Below are positions 55,209-64,000 of a stretch of 64,000 nucleotides of DNA, one piece after another. Source of the stretch: an uncultured Acidobacteriota bacterium. GTDB lineage: Bacteria; Acidobacteriota; Thermoanaerobaculia; Multivoradales; UBA5704. Each line of letters begins with the position of its first letter. Position 1 is the first letter of the stretch. The notes below the pieces were generated by a model, which saw only the letters and a list, made by a program, of their open reading frames with translations, had not been told where the DNA came from and did not search any database. A program made the position numbers and the translations under genes. The DNA lies in the NCBI GenBank assembly GCA_963700145.1, contig OY969474.1, positions 3,392,001 through 3,456,000 on the forward strand. The letters run 5' to 3'.

Positions 55209-55910
55209 ATGGCGCACGACCGATCGGTCCCACGAGAGTGGCTGGAGGCGCTGGTCATCGCGGCGATCTTCCTCCGCTTCACCAACGTCTTCGTGGTGCA
55301 GACGTTCTACATCCCGTCGAGCTCGATGGAGGACACGCTGCTCATCGGCGACCACCTGTTCGTGAACCGCTACATCTACGGGCCGGCGCAGACGGAGCTC
55401 GAGCAGAAGCTGCTGCCGGCGCGGTCGATCCGGCGCGGCGACATCGTCATCTTCCGCTCGCCGCAGGACCCGACGGTGGACGTGGTCAAGCGCTGCGTGG
55501 GGCTGCCCGGCGACACGATCGACTACGTCGACAAGGAGCTCCACATCAACGGCAAGCGGGTGGAGGACGACGGCTACACCCAGCACCGCGACTACCGGCT
55601 CTACCCCGATCAGCCGTTCGCCGACCTGCAAGGGCGGGTGCGCGACCAGTTCGGCCCTTACACGGTGCCGGCGGACCACTACTTCTGCACCGGCGACAAC
55701 CGCGACCACTCGCTCGACTCGCGCTTCTGGGGGCCGCTGCCGGCGCACCTGGTCAAGGGGCGGGCGCAGCTCGTCTACTGGTCCTACGGCGGCGGCACCT
55801 CCGACGGCCGCTTCAGCAGCTTGAAGGAGGAGGCCGGGCGCCTCGGCAGGACCGCCGGCGGCTTCTTCACCAAGACACGCTGGGACCGCACGTTCCACCT
55901 GGTGCGGTAG
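55209..55910 (+). CDS. lepB: Signal peptidase I (copy 1)
   Basis: IPSSSMEDTL, VKRCVGLPGD, GDNRDHSLDSRFWG. Confidence 0.95.
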   Translation: MAHDRSVPREWLEALVIAAIFLRFTNVFVVQTFYIPSSSMEDTLLIGDHLFVNRYIYGPAQTELEQKLLPARSIRRGDIVIFRSPQDPTVDVVKRCVGLPGDTIDYVDKELHINGKRVEDDGYTQHRDYRLYPDQPFADLQGRVRDQFGPYTVPADHYFCTGDNRDHSLDSRFWGPLPAHLVKGRAQLVYWSYGGGTSDGRFSSLKEEAGRLGRTAGGFFTKTRWDRTFHLVR

Positions 55911-55938
55911 CCCGCGCCGCCGCACCCCGCCGCAGCGC

Positions 55939-56637
55939 ATGGCCACGGAGAAGTCTTTCCTCGAAGAGTCCCTCGAGATCCTGCTCGTCGCGGTGATCTT
56001 CGCGCTCTTCGCCCGCACCTACGTCCTGCAGGCGTTCAAGATCCCCACCGGCTCGATGGAGGAGAACCTCCTCGTCGGCGACCACATCCTGGTCAACAAG
56101 TTCGTCTACGGCCGGACGGCGACGCCGCTCGAGCGGGTGCTGCTGCCGATGCGTCCCATCCGGCGCGGCGACGTGGTGGTCTTCAAGTACCCCGAGGACC
56201 CGACGCGCGACTTCATCAAGCGCTGCGTGGGGCTCCCGGGCGACACCGTGGAGATCGTCGACAAGCAGCTCTACTTGAACGGCAAGGCGGTGGCCGACGC
56301 GAGCTACACCTACCACGCCGATCGCCGCACCTTCGCGCGCGGCTCGGCGGTCACGGGCTGGAGCGACCGCGACAGCTTCGGTCCCTACGTCGTGCCGCCG
56401 GCGCACTACTTCTGTCTGGGGGACAACCGCGACAACTCGCGCGACTCGCGGGTCTGGGGGCCGGTGCCGGAGAGCCACGTCAAGGGGCGGGCCTTCATGA
56501 TCTATTGGTCGACCGCCGAGGGGGGCGAGAGCGCCGAGTGGCCGGGCCTGCGCGGCAAGCTCCGCCAGCTCGGGCGCCTCGTCCGCCGCTTCGCCGGCGC
56601 CACCCGCTGGGAGCGGACCTTCGAGATCGTGCGCTAG
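55939..56637 (+). CDS. lepB: Signal peptidase I (copy 2)
   Basis: IPTGSMEENL, IKRCVGLPGD, GDNRDNSRDSRVWG. Confidence 0.95.
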   Translation: MATEKSFLEESLEILLVAVIFALFARTYVLQAFKIPTGSMEENLLVGDHILVNKFVYGRTATPLERVLLPMRPIRRGDVVVFKYPEDPTRDFIKRCVGLPGDTVEIVDKQLYLNGKAVADASYTYHADRRTFARGSAVTGWSDRDSFGPYVVPPAHYFCLGDNRDNSRDSRVWGPVPESHVKGRAFMIYWSTAEGGESAEWPGLRGKLRQLGRLVRRFAGATRWERTFEIVR

Positions 56638-56671
56638 ACTGCACGCCCCCACCACCTGGAGGAGAGCGACG

Positions 56672-57037
56672 ATGCGGCGCAGGTCCGAACGCGGCGACGG
56701 CAATGTCGGGTGCATCGTCTGGCTGCTGATCTTGGTGATCGTGGTGGCGATCGGCTGGAAGGCGATCCCGGTCAAGCTCCGCACCTCGCAGCTCTACGAC
56801 TACATGGTGGAGCTGTCGAAGTTCTCGGCGCAGGCGCCGCCCGACGAGCTCGAGCTGCGCATCCTGGCGCGGGCCCGCGAGCTCGAGCTGCCGGTGACCA
56901 AGGAAGGTGTCCTGGTGCAGCGGATCGGCGACCGGATCAAGCTGGAGGCCCACTACGCGGTGCCGCTGGATTACCCGGGGTACACGTACCAATGGAGCTT
57001 CAATCACGTGGTGGACAGGCCGATCTTCATTTTTTGA
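56672..57037 (+). CDS. DUF4845-like pilin-like membrane protein
   Basis: ERG followed by a hydrophobic helix; located downstream of lepB. Confidence 0.65.
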   Translation: MRRRSERGDGNVGCIVWLLILVIVVAIGWKAIPVKLRTSQLYDYMVELSKFSAQAPPDELELRILARARELELPVTKEGVLVQRIGDRIKLEAHYAVPLDYPGYTYQWSFNHVVDRPIFIF

Positions 57038-57045
57038 CTTCGATA

Positions 57046-57084
57046 CCCCCTCCCTGGCCCTCCCCCGCTGCACGGGGGAGGGAG
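57046..57084. repeat. REP-like hairpin
   Basis: CCCTCCCCCG-CTGCA-CGGGGGAGGG stem in an intergenic position. Confidence 0.55.
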
Positions 57085-57099
57085 CTGCCCCTCTAGATC

Positions 57100-58704
57100 A
57101 TGACCAAAGGCGGTTGGCTCACCATTTTCGGGGCCGGCCTCCTGCCCGGCGTGCTGGCGGGCGCGCAGGTCGCGGGGCTGCTGTTCTTCCTCAACCCCGC
57201 CCTCCCCTTTCGCGGCGAGCCGTTCGCCCGCGCCGTCCTCCAGTACGGGCTCCTCCTGGGTCTCGCCGGGCTCGCGGCGCAGCTGCCGTGGACCTGGGGG
57301 CGGCCGGGCCGCGCGCGCCGGCTGCTGCCGTGGACGCTGACCGCGGCGCTCGCCGCCGCCGCCCTCCTCGACGCCGCGCACGCCTCTTACTACGCCTACT
57401 ACCTGCCGGCAGGAGTGAACCGCCGCCTCTTGAAGGCCGCGCTCTGGCTCGCCGCCGCCGCCCTCGCCGGCTTCTATACCGCCCTCCTCCACACCGTCCG
57501 GGGACGGCGCTACGGCCGGCGCAGCCGCTGGTTCCTGGGGCTCCTCGCCGTGCTCTCGGTCTACGTGCTGATCGAGCGGCGGGAGTCCTTCCGGCCGCGC
57601 CCCGAGCCGCCGCGGCGGGTGCCGGTCGTCGAGCGCGGCGAGCGGCCGCGCCTCTGGGTGATCGGCCTCGACGCGGCGACCCTCGACGCCATCCTGCCGC
57701 TCGCCGCCCAGGGGCGCGTGCCCTTCCTCGCGCGCCTCCTGGAGGAGGGTGCCTACGGGCGGCTCGCCTCCTTCACCCCGCGCCGGCCCGCGGCGCTGTG
57801 GACGACGCTCGCCACCGGCAAGCACCCGGCGCGGCACGGCGTCCTCGGCGGCGTGCGCTACCGCGCGCGCTTCCTCGGGCCGGACCCGGAGCTGCGCCTG
57901 CTGCCGGTGGGGATCGGCTTCGAGCGCTGGGGGGCGCGGGCGGCGCGCGGCGAGCCGCCCGGCGCGGGGCGGGAGGCGGCGACGCTCTGGGAGGTGCTGC
58001 CGCGGCTCGGGGCGGCGAGCGCGGTCGTGGGCTGGCCGGCGGCGAGCGCCGCGCCGGGGCTGCCGGCCTTTGTCGTCGGCGAGCGCGAGCTGCCGGGGGC
58101 CGCCGCGGGGCTCGCCGGCGACGCGCGGCGGCTCGCCGTCGCCGAGGCGCTCGTCGCGCAGCGGCCCGAGGTCGAGGCCTGCTTCGTCGTCCTGCCGGGG
58201 CTCGCCGAGGTCTCGCGCCGCGCCTTCGGCGGCTGGGCCGCGGCGACCGACGGCGCGCGCGGGGCGGCCGAGGCGCGGGCGGCGGCGCGGCTGGCGGGCT
58301 ACTACGAAGCGCTCGACGCGCGCCTCGCGCGGCTCTGGGAGAGCGGGCGCGGGCCGCGTCTGCTGGCCGTCGTCTCGGCGCACGGCGTCGAGGCGCCCGG
58401 CAGGGCGGCGCGCCTGTGGGCGGAGGTGACCGGCGGCGAAGGGGTGGGGGGACGGCTCGACACCGCGCCCGACGGGGTGCTGATGCTCTACGGCGACGGG
58501 GTGCGGCGGCGGTCGCTGCTGACGGAGGCGCGGCTGGTGGACCTGGCGCCGACGCTGCTCTACGCCCTCCGCCTGCCGGTGGCGCGCGACCTCGATGGTC
58601 GGGTCCTGACCGAGGCCTTCGACCCGGCCTTCCTCGCCGCTCAGCCGCTGACCTTCCTCCCCTCTTACGAAGGGCTGATCGAGCGGCCGCGGCCGCGCCG
58701 CTAG
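57100..58704 (+). CDS. Membrane-anchored alkaline phosphatase/phosphodiesterase-superfamily protein
   Basis: About 5 N-terminal TM segments; IGLDAAT, WTTLATG, VSAHG, DLAPTLL, LDGRVL. Metal ligands are partly degenerate. Confidence 0.8.
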   Translation: MTKGGWLTIFGAGLLPGVLAGAQVAGLLFFLNPALPFRGEPFARAVLQYGLLLGLAGLAAQLPWTWGRPGRARRLLPWTLTAALAAAALLDAAHASYYAYYLPAGVNRRLLKAALWLAAAALAGFYTALLHTVRGRRYGRRSRWFLGLLAVLSVYVLIERRESFRPRPEPPRRVPVVERGERPRLWVIGLDAATLDAILPLAAQGRVPFLARLLEEGAYGRLASFTPRRPAALWTTLATGKHPARHGVLGGVRYRARFLGPDPELRLLPVGIGFERWGARAARGEPPGAGREAATLWEVLPRLGAASAVVGWPAASAAPGLPAFVVGERELPGAAAGLAGDARRLAVAEALVAQRPEVEACFVVLPGLAEVSRRAFGGWAAATDGARGAAEARAAARLAGYYEALDARLARLWESGRGPRLLAVVSAHGVEAPGRAARLWAEVTGGEGVGGRLDTAPDGVLMLYGDGVRRRSLLTEARLVDLAPTLLYALRLPVARDLDGRVLTEAFDPAFLAAQPLTFLPSYEGLIERPRPRR

Positions 58705-59102
58705 ACCGCTTCCTGTCGCTCGCGCCCGACGGGCACGAGCTTCGGCACCGGCGCCGCTTCGCGCTGCATCGCGCAGCGCCCCTCGAAGAGCGCGCCGTCC
58801 TCGATGACCAGCGTCGGCGTCTCGAGCTCGGCGAAGAGCTTGCCGCCCGGCGCGATCTGCACCCGCCGCGACGCCTGCACGGTGCCGCGCACCACGCCGG
58901 TCACGTAGAGCGCGCCGACCTTGAGGTCGCCCTCCACCTCGCCGCTCTCGCCGACGACCAGGTCCCCGTCCGAGGAGACCTTGCCCTGGAAGCGTCCGTC
59001 CACTCGGAACGAGGTCTCGAAGCGCAGCTCCCCCTGCGTCGAGCTGCCGCTGTCGAGGAAGCCGTTGAGAGCGCTCCTCTTTGCCTCCTGTTTGAATTTC
59101 AT
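58701..59102 (-). CDS. Bactofilin (polymer-forming cytoskeletal protein)
   Basis: GEL...RVDGRFQG...VGESGEVEG...IEDGALFEGRCAM. Confidence 0.92.
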   Translation of the reverse strand: MKFKQEAKRSALNGFLDSGSSTQGELRFETSFRVDGRFQGKVSSDGDLVVGESGEVEGDLKVGALYVTGVVRGTVQASRRVQIAPGGKLFAELETPTLVIEDGALFEGRCAMQREAAPVPKLVPVGRERQEAV

Positions 59103-59983
59103 CGCATGTCTCCCATGAGAGCTTCGTACAGGCGGATCAGCTCCTCCTCCGAATGGAAGTGGATGCGGAGCGTCCCGCCCTTCCCGCGACGGTGGATCTC
59201 GACTTTCGTCTGCAGGCGCCGGGTCAGCTTCTCGGCCGCCGCCGCGGCGTTCGCCTCGGGCGGTGCCGCGGCGCGGCGGGCGCCCGGCGCCGCGGCGGCG
59301 CCCTCTCCCCCGGCCTCGCCGGTCAGGCGCTCCAGCTCGCGCGCCGACAGCCCCTCCGCGACCGCGCGCTCGGCCATCGCCAGCTGCTTGTCGCGGTCGG
59401 GCAGGGCCAGGAGCGGCCGGGCCTGGCCGGCGGTGAGGCGGCCGCCGCGCAGCATCTGCTGCACCTCGTCCGGAAGCTTGAGGAGCCGCAGAGCGTTCGC
59501 CACCGCCGGGCGGCTCTTCGCCACCCGCGCCGCGATCTCCTCCTGCGACAGGCCGAACTGGTCCTGGAGGGCCCGGAAGGCTTCCGCCTCCTCGATCGGG
59601 TTGAGGTCGCTGCGCTGGAGGTTCTCGACCAGGGCGAGCTCCAAGAGCTCGCGCTCGCCGCCGACCTGGCGGACGACGACCGGCACCGTCTCGAGCCCGG
59701 CGCGGCGCGCCGCGCGCCACCGGCGCTCCCCCGCGATAATCGTGTAAGTGCCGTTGGGAGAAGGAGTTACGACGAGCGGCTGGACGACCCCCTGGGCGCG
59801 GATGGAGCCCGCCAGCTCCTCCAGCGCCGCCTCGTCGAAGGCGCTGCGCGGCTGCAGGCGGTTGGGGCGGAGGCGGTCGACCGGCAGCTCGGTGATCGCC
59901 GCCGGCGCCTCGGACGGCGCGATCAGCGCGTCGAGCCCGCGGCCCAGGCGGCGCCCCCGACCGCCGCTCGCGCTCGCGCTCAC
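59099..59983 (-). CDS. parB: Chromosome partitioning protein ParB
   Basis: LGRGLDAL, QPR..F, IIAGERRWRAA, ENLQRSDLNPIEEA. Confidence 0.97.
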   Translation of the reverse strand: MSASASGGRGRRLGRGLDALIAPSEAPAAITELPVDRLRPNRLQPRSAFDEAALEELAGSIRAQGVVQPLVVTPSPNGTYTIIAGERRWRAARRAGLETVPVVVRQVGGERELLELALVENLQRSDLNPIEEAEAFRALQDQFGLSQEEIAARVAKSRPAVANALRLLKLPDEVQQMLRGGRLTAGQARPLLALPDRDKQLAMAERAVAEGLSARELERLTGEAGGEGAAAAPGARRAAAPPEANAAAAAEKLTRRLQTKVEIHRRGKGGTLRIHFHSEEELIRLYEALMGDMR

Positions 59984-60738
59984 GCCGCCCTCCGCAGGAA
60001 CTCGCGCGCCAGCGCCAGGTAGGCCTCGGCGCCGCGCGACTTGATGTCGTACTGGATGATCGGCAGGCCGTGGCTCGGCGCCTCGGCCAGCCGCACGTTG
60101 CGCGGCACCACCGTCTCGAAGACCTTGCCGGCGAAGTGGCGGCGGATCTCCTCCGCCACGTCGCGCGAGAGGTTCGTGCGGTCGTCGTACATGGTCAGCA
60201 GGATGCCGGCGATCGTGAGCCGCGGGTTGAGCCCCGCCTGGATGCGGCGGACGGTGGCCAGGAGCTCGGTGATCCCCTCCAGCGCGTAGTACTCGCACTG
60301 GAGCGGCACCAGGACGCCGTCGGCGGCGGCGAGGGCGGCGACCGTGAGGTGCCCGAGCGAGGGCGGGCAGTCGAGGAGGATCGTGTCGTAGCTCGAAGCG
60401 ACCGGCGCCAGCACCTCCCGCAGCCTGCTCTCCCAGCCGCTCTGCCCCACGAACTCGACCTCGACGCCGACCAGGTCGCGCTGCGCGGGCGCGAGATCCA
60501 GGTGCGGGAAGCCGGAGGGGCGGATGGCGGCGGCGAGCGGCGCCTCGCCGGTGAGGACGTGGTAGAGGTGCGGCGGCGCCGCGTCCCCGCCCAGGCCGCG
60601 GGTGGCGTTGCCCTGCGGGTCGCAATCGACGAGGAGCACCCGCCGCTCCAGCGCCCCGAGCGCGGCGCCGAGGTTGATCGCCGTGGTGGTCTTCCCCACC
60701 CCACCCTTCTGGTTGGCGATGGCGATCGTGAGGGTCAT
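59980..60738 (-). CDS. parA: Chromosome partitioning ATPase ParA/Soj
   Basis: NQKGGVGKTTT, DPQGNAT, DCPPSLG, RNVRLAEAPSHG. Confidence 0.97.
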   Translation of the reverse strand: MTLTIAIANQKGGVGKTTTAINLGAALGALERRVLLVDCDPQGNATRGLGGDAAPPHLYHVLTGEAPLAAAIRPSGFPHLDLAPAQRDLVGVEVEFVGQSGWESRLREVLAPVASSYDTILLDCPPSLGHLTVAALAAADGVLVPLQCEYYALEGITELLATVRRIQAGLNPRLTIAGILLTMYDDRTNLSRDVAEEIRRHFAGKVFETVVPRNVRLAEAPSHGLPIIQYDIKSRGAEAYLALAREFLRRAA

Positions 60739-60744
60739 GGCGTG

Positions 60745-61401
60745 CTAGGCGGCCGCGGCCGGCCGGAGCTCCAGGATGCGGCGCCGGTCGCTCCCCGGGA
60801 GCCGCACCTCGCGGCCCGGCAGGAGCCCCGGCGGCAGCGGCGGCTCCTCGGCGCCGGCCCAGAGCAGGACGCGCCCCTCCGGCCCGAAGCGCGCGGCGAG
60901 GGCGGCAAGCACCTCCGGCTCGAGCCGCAAGGCCCGAAGGGTGACGACGCCGAGGCTCTCTGGAAGGCCCGCCGGCAGCGGGAGGCGGACTGTAGCATTG
61001 AGGCAGCGGCAGGGCAACGCGGCGCGGCGCGCCGCCGACTGCAGGAACGCCCACTTCCGCTCGCGCGCCTCGACGAGCGTGACGGCGAGGTCGGGGCGGG
61101 CGGCGGCGAGGACGAGGCCGGGGAAGCCGGCGCCGGAGCCGACGTCGACGAGTGTCGTCGGGCCGGGCGGGAGGAGCGGCAGCGCGGCGAGCGACTCGCT
61201 GAAGTGGCGCTCCAGCACCTCCTGCGCCGTGCCCGGACCGATCAGGTTGAGCCTGCCGCTCCAGCGCCGCAGCTCCTCGTAATGTGTGTGCATCGCGGCG
61301 AGGGATTCCGGCGACAGCGGCCCGGGAGTGAGCGCGGCCAGGGCCTCATCGAACCGACCGCGGGGGATCGCAGGGACCGGGCGACGGGTCGTTTGTTTCA
61401 C
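60745..61401 (-). CDS. rsmG: 16S rRNA m7G527 methyltransferase
   Basis: RLNL...RHFSESL, DVGSGAGFPG, VTLVE; lies upstream of parA. Confidence 0.92.
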   Translation of the reverse strand: MKQTTRRPVPAIPRGRFDEALAALTPGPLSPESLAAMHTHYEELRRWSGRLNLIGPGTAQEVLERHFSESLAALPLLPPGPTTLVDVGSGAGFPGLVLAAARPDLAVTLVEARERKWAFLQSAARRAALPCRCLNATVRLPLPAGLPESLGVVTLRALRLEPEVLAALAARFGPEGRVLLWAGAEEPPLPPGLLPGREVRLPGSDRRRILELRPAAAA

Positions 61402-61409
61402 GTGAAATC
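61394..61409. promoter_or_regulatory. parS site
   Basis: TGTTTCACGTGAAATC matches the consensus TGTTTCACGTGAAACA at 14/16 and overlaps the rsmG start. Confidence 0.8.
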
Positions 61410-61417
61410 TTGTCTCC

Positions 61418-61742
61418 GGTCCGAAACTGGTCCCGTTCGGTCCGAGATTGGGGAATTTTGGTCCGAGAATGGTGCCGTTGGGCGGCAGACCGAAGGTCTC
61501 GGAGCGTCGCTGGAGTGTTTTTGGTCCTGAAATGGGGAACTTTGGTCCGAAAATCTACCGCCGGAGGGCCTCAAAACGTCGGATGAGCGGCAGGAGACAG
61601 CGCCGCGGTCCGAAAAGATGTTGGTTTGGTCCGAAAAGATAATCCCGCGGTCCGAAAAGATAAATCTCCGGCGGCCGGCGGGTGAATTCACGGTCCGGAG
61701 ATGGGGGTTTTGGTCCGAAAATCCTCCGGTTCGGTCCGAAAA
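61418..61742. repeat. 21-bp-period array with core GGTCCGA(A/G)A (16 slots)
   Basis: GGTCC in exact phase at 61418, 61439, 61460, 61523, 61544, 61607, 61628, 61649, 61712, 61733. Confidence 0.9.
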
Positions 61743-62792
61743 CTACACCGGCCGGATGGTGATGCGCTTGAAGTACCCGTCGCCTTCGCTCTCGGTCTCG
61801 ACGGCGGGATCGTCGGCGAGCGTGATGTGGACGATCCGGCGGTCGGCCGGGTTCATCGGCTCGAGCGTCCGGGGCCGCCCCTTCCGCCGGACCTCCTCCG
61901 CCTCGCGCTGCGCCATGCTGCGCAGCCGCTCCTCGCGGATGTCGTGGAAGTTGTCGCAGTCGACACGGCAGGGGATCGGCTCGCCGGCGAGCCCGCGGAC
62001 CAGGCGCGGCAGCAGGTGCTCGATGGCGCGCAGCAGCTCCCCCTCCTCGCCCGAGCAGAGCTCGGTGTCGTTTCCCGACAGCTCGATCTCGAGGCGCCCC
62101 TCCCCTTGCTGGATGTGGAACGACAGCTCGAGGGCGGCGACCTCCAGCAGGTGCCGCAGGCCGCGCTCGGCGGCGTCGGCCACCGGGCCGGTTGCCGGCG
62201 GGTAGCGCTCCGAGGTCCGCCGCGGCGCGTCGGGCAGCGCGATCAGCCCCTCGGCCTCGCGCTCGGCGGACTCCGGCTCGGCGCGGCTGCCCCGCGGCCA
62301 GCCGCCGTGGGGCGCCGCCGGCGCCGGCCGCGGGCGCGCGAACCGCCCGGCCGGCGCCCGGCGCGGCTCGTTCGGCTCCCAGCCGCCCTCGCGCCGGCCG
62401 ATCTGCTCGCCGCGCCCGCCGCGCGGAGCGCCGCCGGTCGCCTCCCGGCGCTCCGGCCGCCGCTCCGGCGGCCTCTCCGGCTCGTGCGCCGGCGGCTCGC
62501 GCCGCTCCGGCGCGCTCGGCTCAGGAGGCGGCGCCGCGACGGCGCGCTCCTCCACCTCCACGGGCGCTGGAGGCGCCGCCGCCGGCGGCGGCGCTCCCGC
62601 CCGCCGCCGCGGGTTGTCGGGATCGACCTCGATCATCACCTTCCGCGCCGTCCGCAGGAAGCCGTGCCGCTTCTCGATCGGCGTGTAGGCGATCTCTTCG
62701 GGGGGGACGTCGAAATGGCTCGCGGCGAGCACCAGCGCCTGGCGCAGGGAGCTGCCGGAGAAGAACCGCCGCTTGGGTCCGTCGTCGCTCAT
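61743..62792 (-). CDS. jag: Jag/EloR/KhpB RNA-binding protein (Jag_N + KH + R3H)
   Basis: N-terminal FSG.SL..AL; Pro-rich linker; LEPMNPADRRIVH (R3H); lies downstream of yidC. Confidence 0.9.
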   Translation of the reverse strand: MSDDGPKRRFFSGSSLRQALVLAASHFDVPPEEIAYTPIEKRHGFLRTARKVMIEVDPDNPRRRAGAPPPAAAPPAPVEVEERAVAAPPPEPSAPERREPPAHEPERPPERRPERREATGGAPRGGRGEQIGRREGGWEPNEPRRAPAGRFARPRPAPAAPHGGWPRGSRAEPESAEREAEGLIALPDAPRRTSERYPPATGPVADAAERGLRHLLEVAALELSFHIQQGEGRLEIELSGNDTELCSGEEGELLRAIEHLLPRLVRGLAGEPIPCRVDCDNFHDIREERLRSMAQREAEEVRRKGRPRTLEPMNPADRRIVHITLADDPAVETESEGDGYFKRITIRPV

Positions 62793-64000
62793 GGAGTGGG
62801 CTTCCGCCTCAGCTTGCGGGGCGCCGGCTCCGGCTCCTCGCCGGCCGCGTCGGTCCCGCGGGAACGGTTGTAAACCGCCTGCTGCGCGATGGTCAAGACG
62901 TTGTTGGTCAGCCAGTAGAGGACGAGGCCGCTGGGGAAGCCCAGGAAGAGGGCGGTCATGAGCACCGGCATCCACTGGAAGATCCGCCGCTGCATGGGGT
63001 CGCCCGACATCGGCGCCAGCTTCACCTGCAGGAACTGCGTGACCCCCATGACGATCGGCAGCACGTACCAGGGGTCCTTGGCCGAGAGGTCCTGGATCCA
63101 GAAGATCCAGGGCGCGCCGCGCAGCTCGACGGCGTTGAAGAGGAGCTTGTAGAAGGCGAAGAAGACCGGGAGCTGGAGGAGCATCGGCAGGCAGCCGCCG
63201 GCGGGGTTGACCCCCTCGCTGCGGTAGAGCCCCATGATCTCCTCGTTCATCTTGCGCTGCGCCTCGAGGTTCGGGCGCCCCTGCTTGTCCTTGAGCTTGC
63301 CGCGCCAGCGCTCCCGCACCGCCTGCATCTTCGGGTTGAGCTCCTGCATCTTCCGCATCGAGACGTAGCTCTTGTGGGTCAGCGGCAGGAGCAGCAGCTT
63401 GATGGCGATCGTCATCAGCACGATCGCCCAGCCGTAGTTGGCGACGACGTTGTCGTAGATCCAGTGCAGGGCGAGGAGCAGCGGCCGCGCCAGGAAGCCG
63501 AAGGGGGAGAGACGGACCGTCTCCTCCAGCCCCCAGGGCAGCGCCGCCAGCGTCTCGTGCTCCTTGGCCCCCCAGTAGGCGGCGGCCTTGAGGGTGTCGC
63601 CGCGCGGGTCGAAGAGGAGCAGGAAGTCCCGCGGGTAGTCCTTCTGCACGCCGGTGATCTCGTCCTTGGGCGGCATCGGCACCCAGCGGGCGCCCCCCTG
63701 GGGCAGCGGCTCGATGAGCACCGGCCGGAAGACCGCCTTCTCGAGCCCCCCGGCCTCGGGCACCAGCACGGTCAGGAAGTAGGTGTCCTCCAGGCCCGCC
63801 CAGCGCAGGCCGCCGCCGCCCAGCTCGATCGGGTCCCAGGTGCCCTTCGGCACCACGGTCTCGACCTCGTCCCCCTGCTTGTAGACCCCGGCGGCCTGGA
63901 GGAACTGGCTCCCCGCCTCCTCGGACGTCGGGTTGCGCAGGCCGGGGCCGAGGAGGAGGGCCCAGGGCTTGCCGCCTCCGACCGTCGCTTCGACGTCGAA
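62789..64000 (-). CDS. yidC: Membrane protein insertase YidC (5' part outside the window)
   Basis: NYGWAIVLMT, GVNPAGGCLPMLLQLP, ELRGAP, WIQDLS, PSGLVLYW. Confidence 0.97.
   Translation of the reverse strand, partial: FDVEATVGGGKPWALLLGPGLRNPTSEEAGSQFLQAAGVYKQGDEVETVVPKGTWDPIELGGGGLRWAGLEDTYFLTVLVPEAGGLEKAVFRPVLIEPLPQGGARWVPMPPKDEITGVQKDYPRDFLLLFDPRGDTLKAAAYWGAKEHETLAALPWGLEETVRLSPFGFLARPLLLALHWIYDNVVANYGWAIVLMTIAIKLLLLPLTHKSYVSMRKMQELNPKMQAVRERWRGKLKDKQGRPNLEAQRKMNEEIMGLYRSEGVNPAGGCLPMLLQLPVFFAFYKLLFNAVELRGAPWIFWIQDLSAKDPWYVLPIVMGVTQFLQVKLAPMSGDPMQRRIFQWMPVLMTALFLGFPSGLVLYWLTNNVLTIAQQAVYNRSRGTDAAGEEPEPAPRKLRRKPTP

Overview
High-GC bacterial chromosome segment. The yidC-jag-rsmG-parA-parB block and a parS site place it near the replication origin. 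Gene content and style suggest Acidobacteriota, possibly Thermoanaerobaculia (inference, not verified). Most of the window is housekeeping: large NAD-GDH, tsaD, pgk-tpiA-secG-tRNA-Leu, cyclophilin, mobA, a GGDEF protein, sspB, bshA/B1/C, dusB, tmRNA, mtnA, a metB-family enzyme, comEA and two lepB genes. There are two accessory zones, about 1-9.9 kb and 33.8-42 kb. The strongest unexplained signal is a cassette present twice (2873-3621 and 40992-42022). Each copy has a 21-bp-phased repeat array, then a small helical protein with a basic Pro-rich tail, then a 68-bp hairpin element that is 66/68 identical between copies, while the two arrays use different core motifs. A third 21-bp-phased array with yet another motif lies beside parS with no such gene. 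Other candidates are a secreted GTSVDPNG-repeat peptide beside a Zn-finger/TPR protein and XRE regulators, an unannotated 37-aa Cys-rich peptide heading an ECF sigma/anti-sigma pair, and an IS-disrupted HD + Hsp90-like ATPase gene. All alignments and counts were done by eye; no database searches were run.
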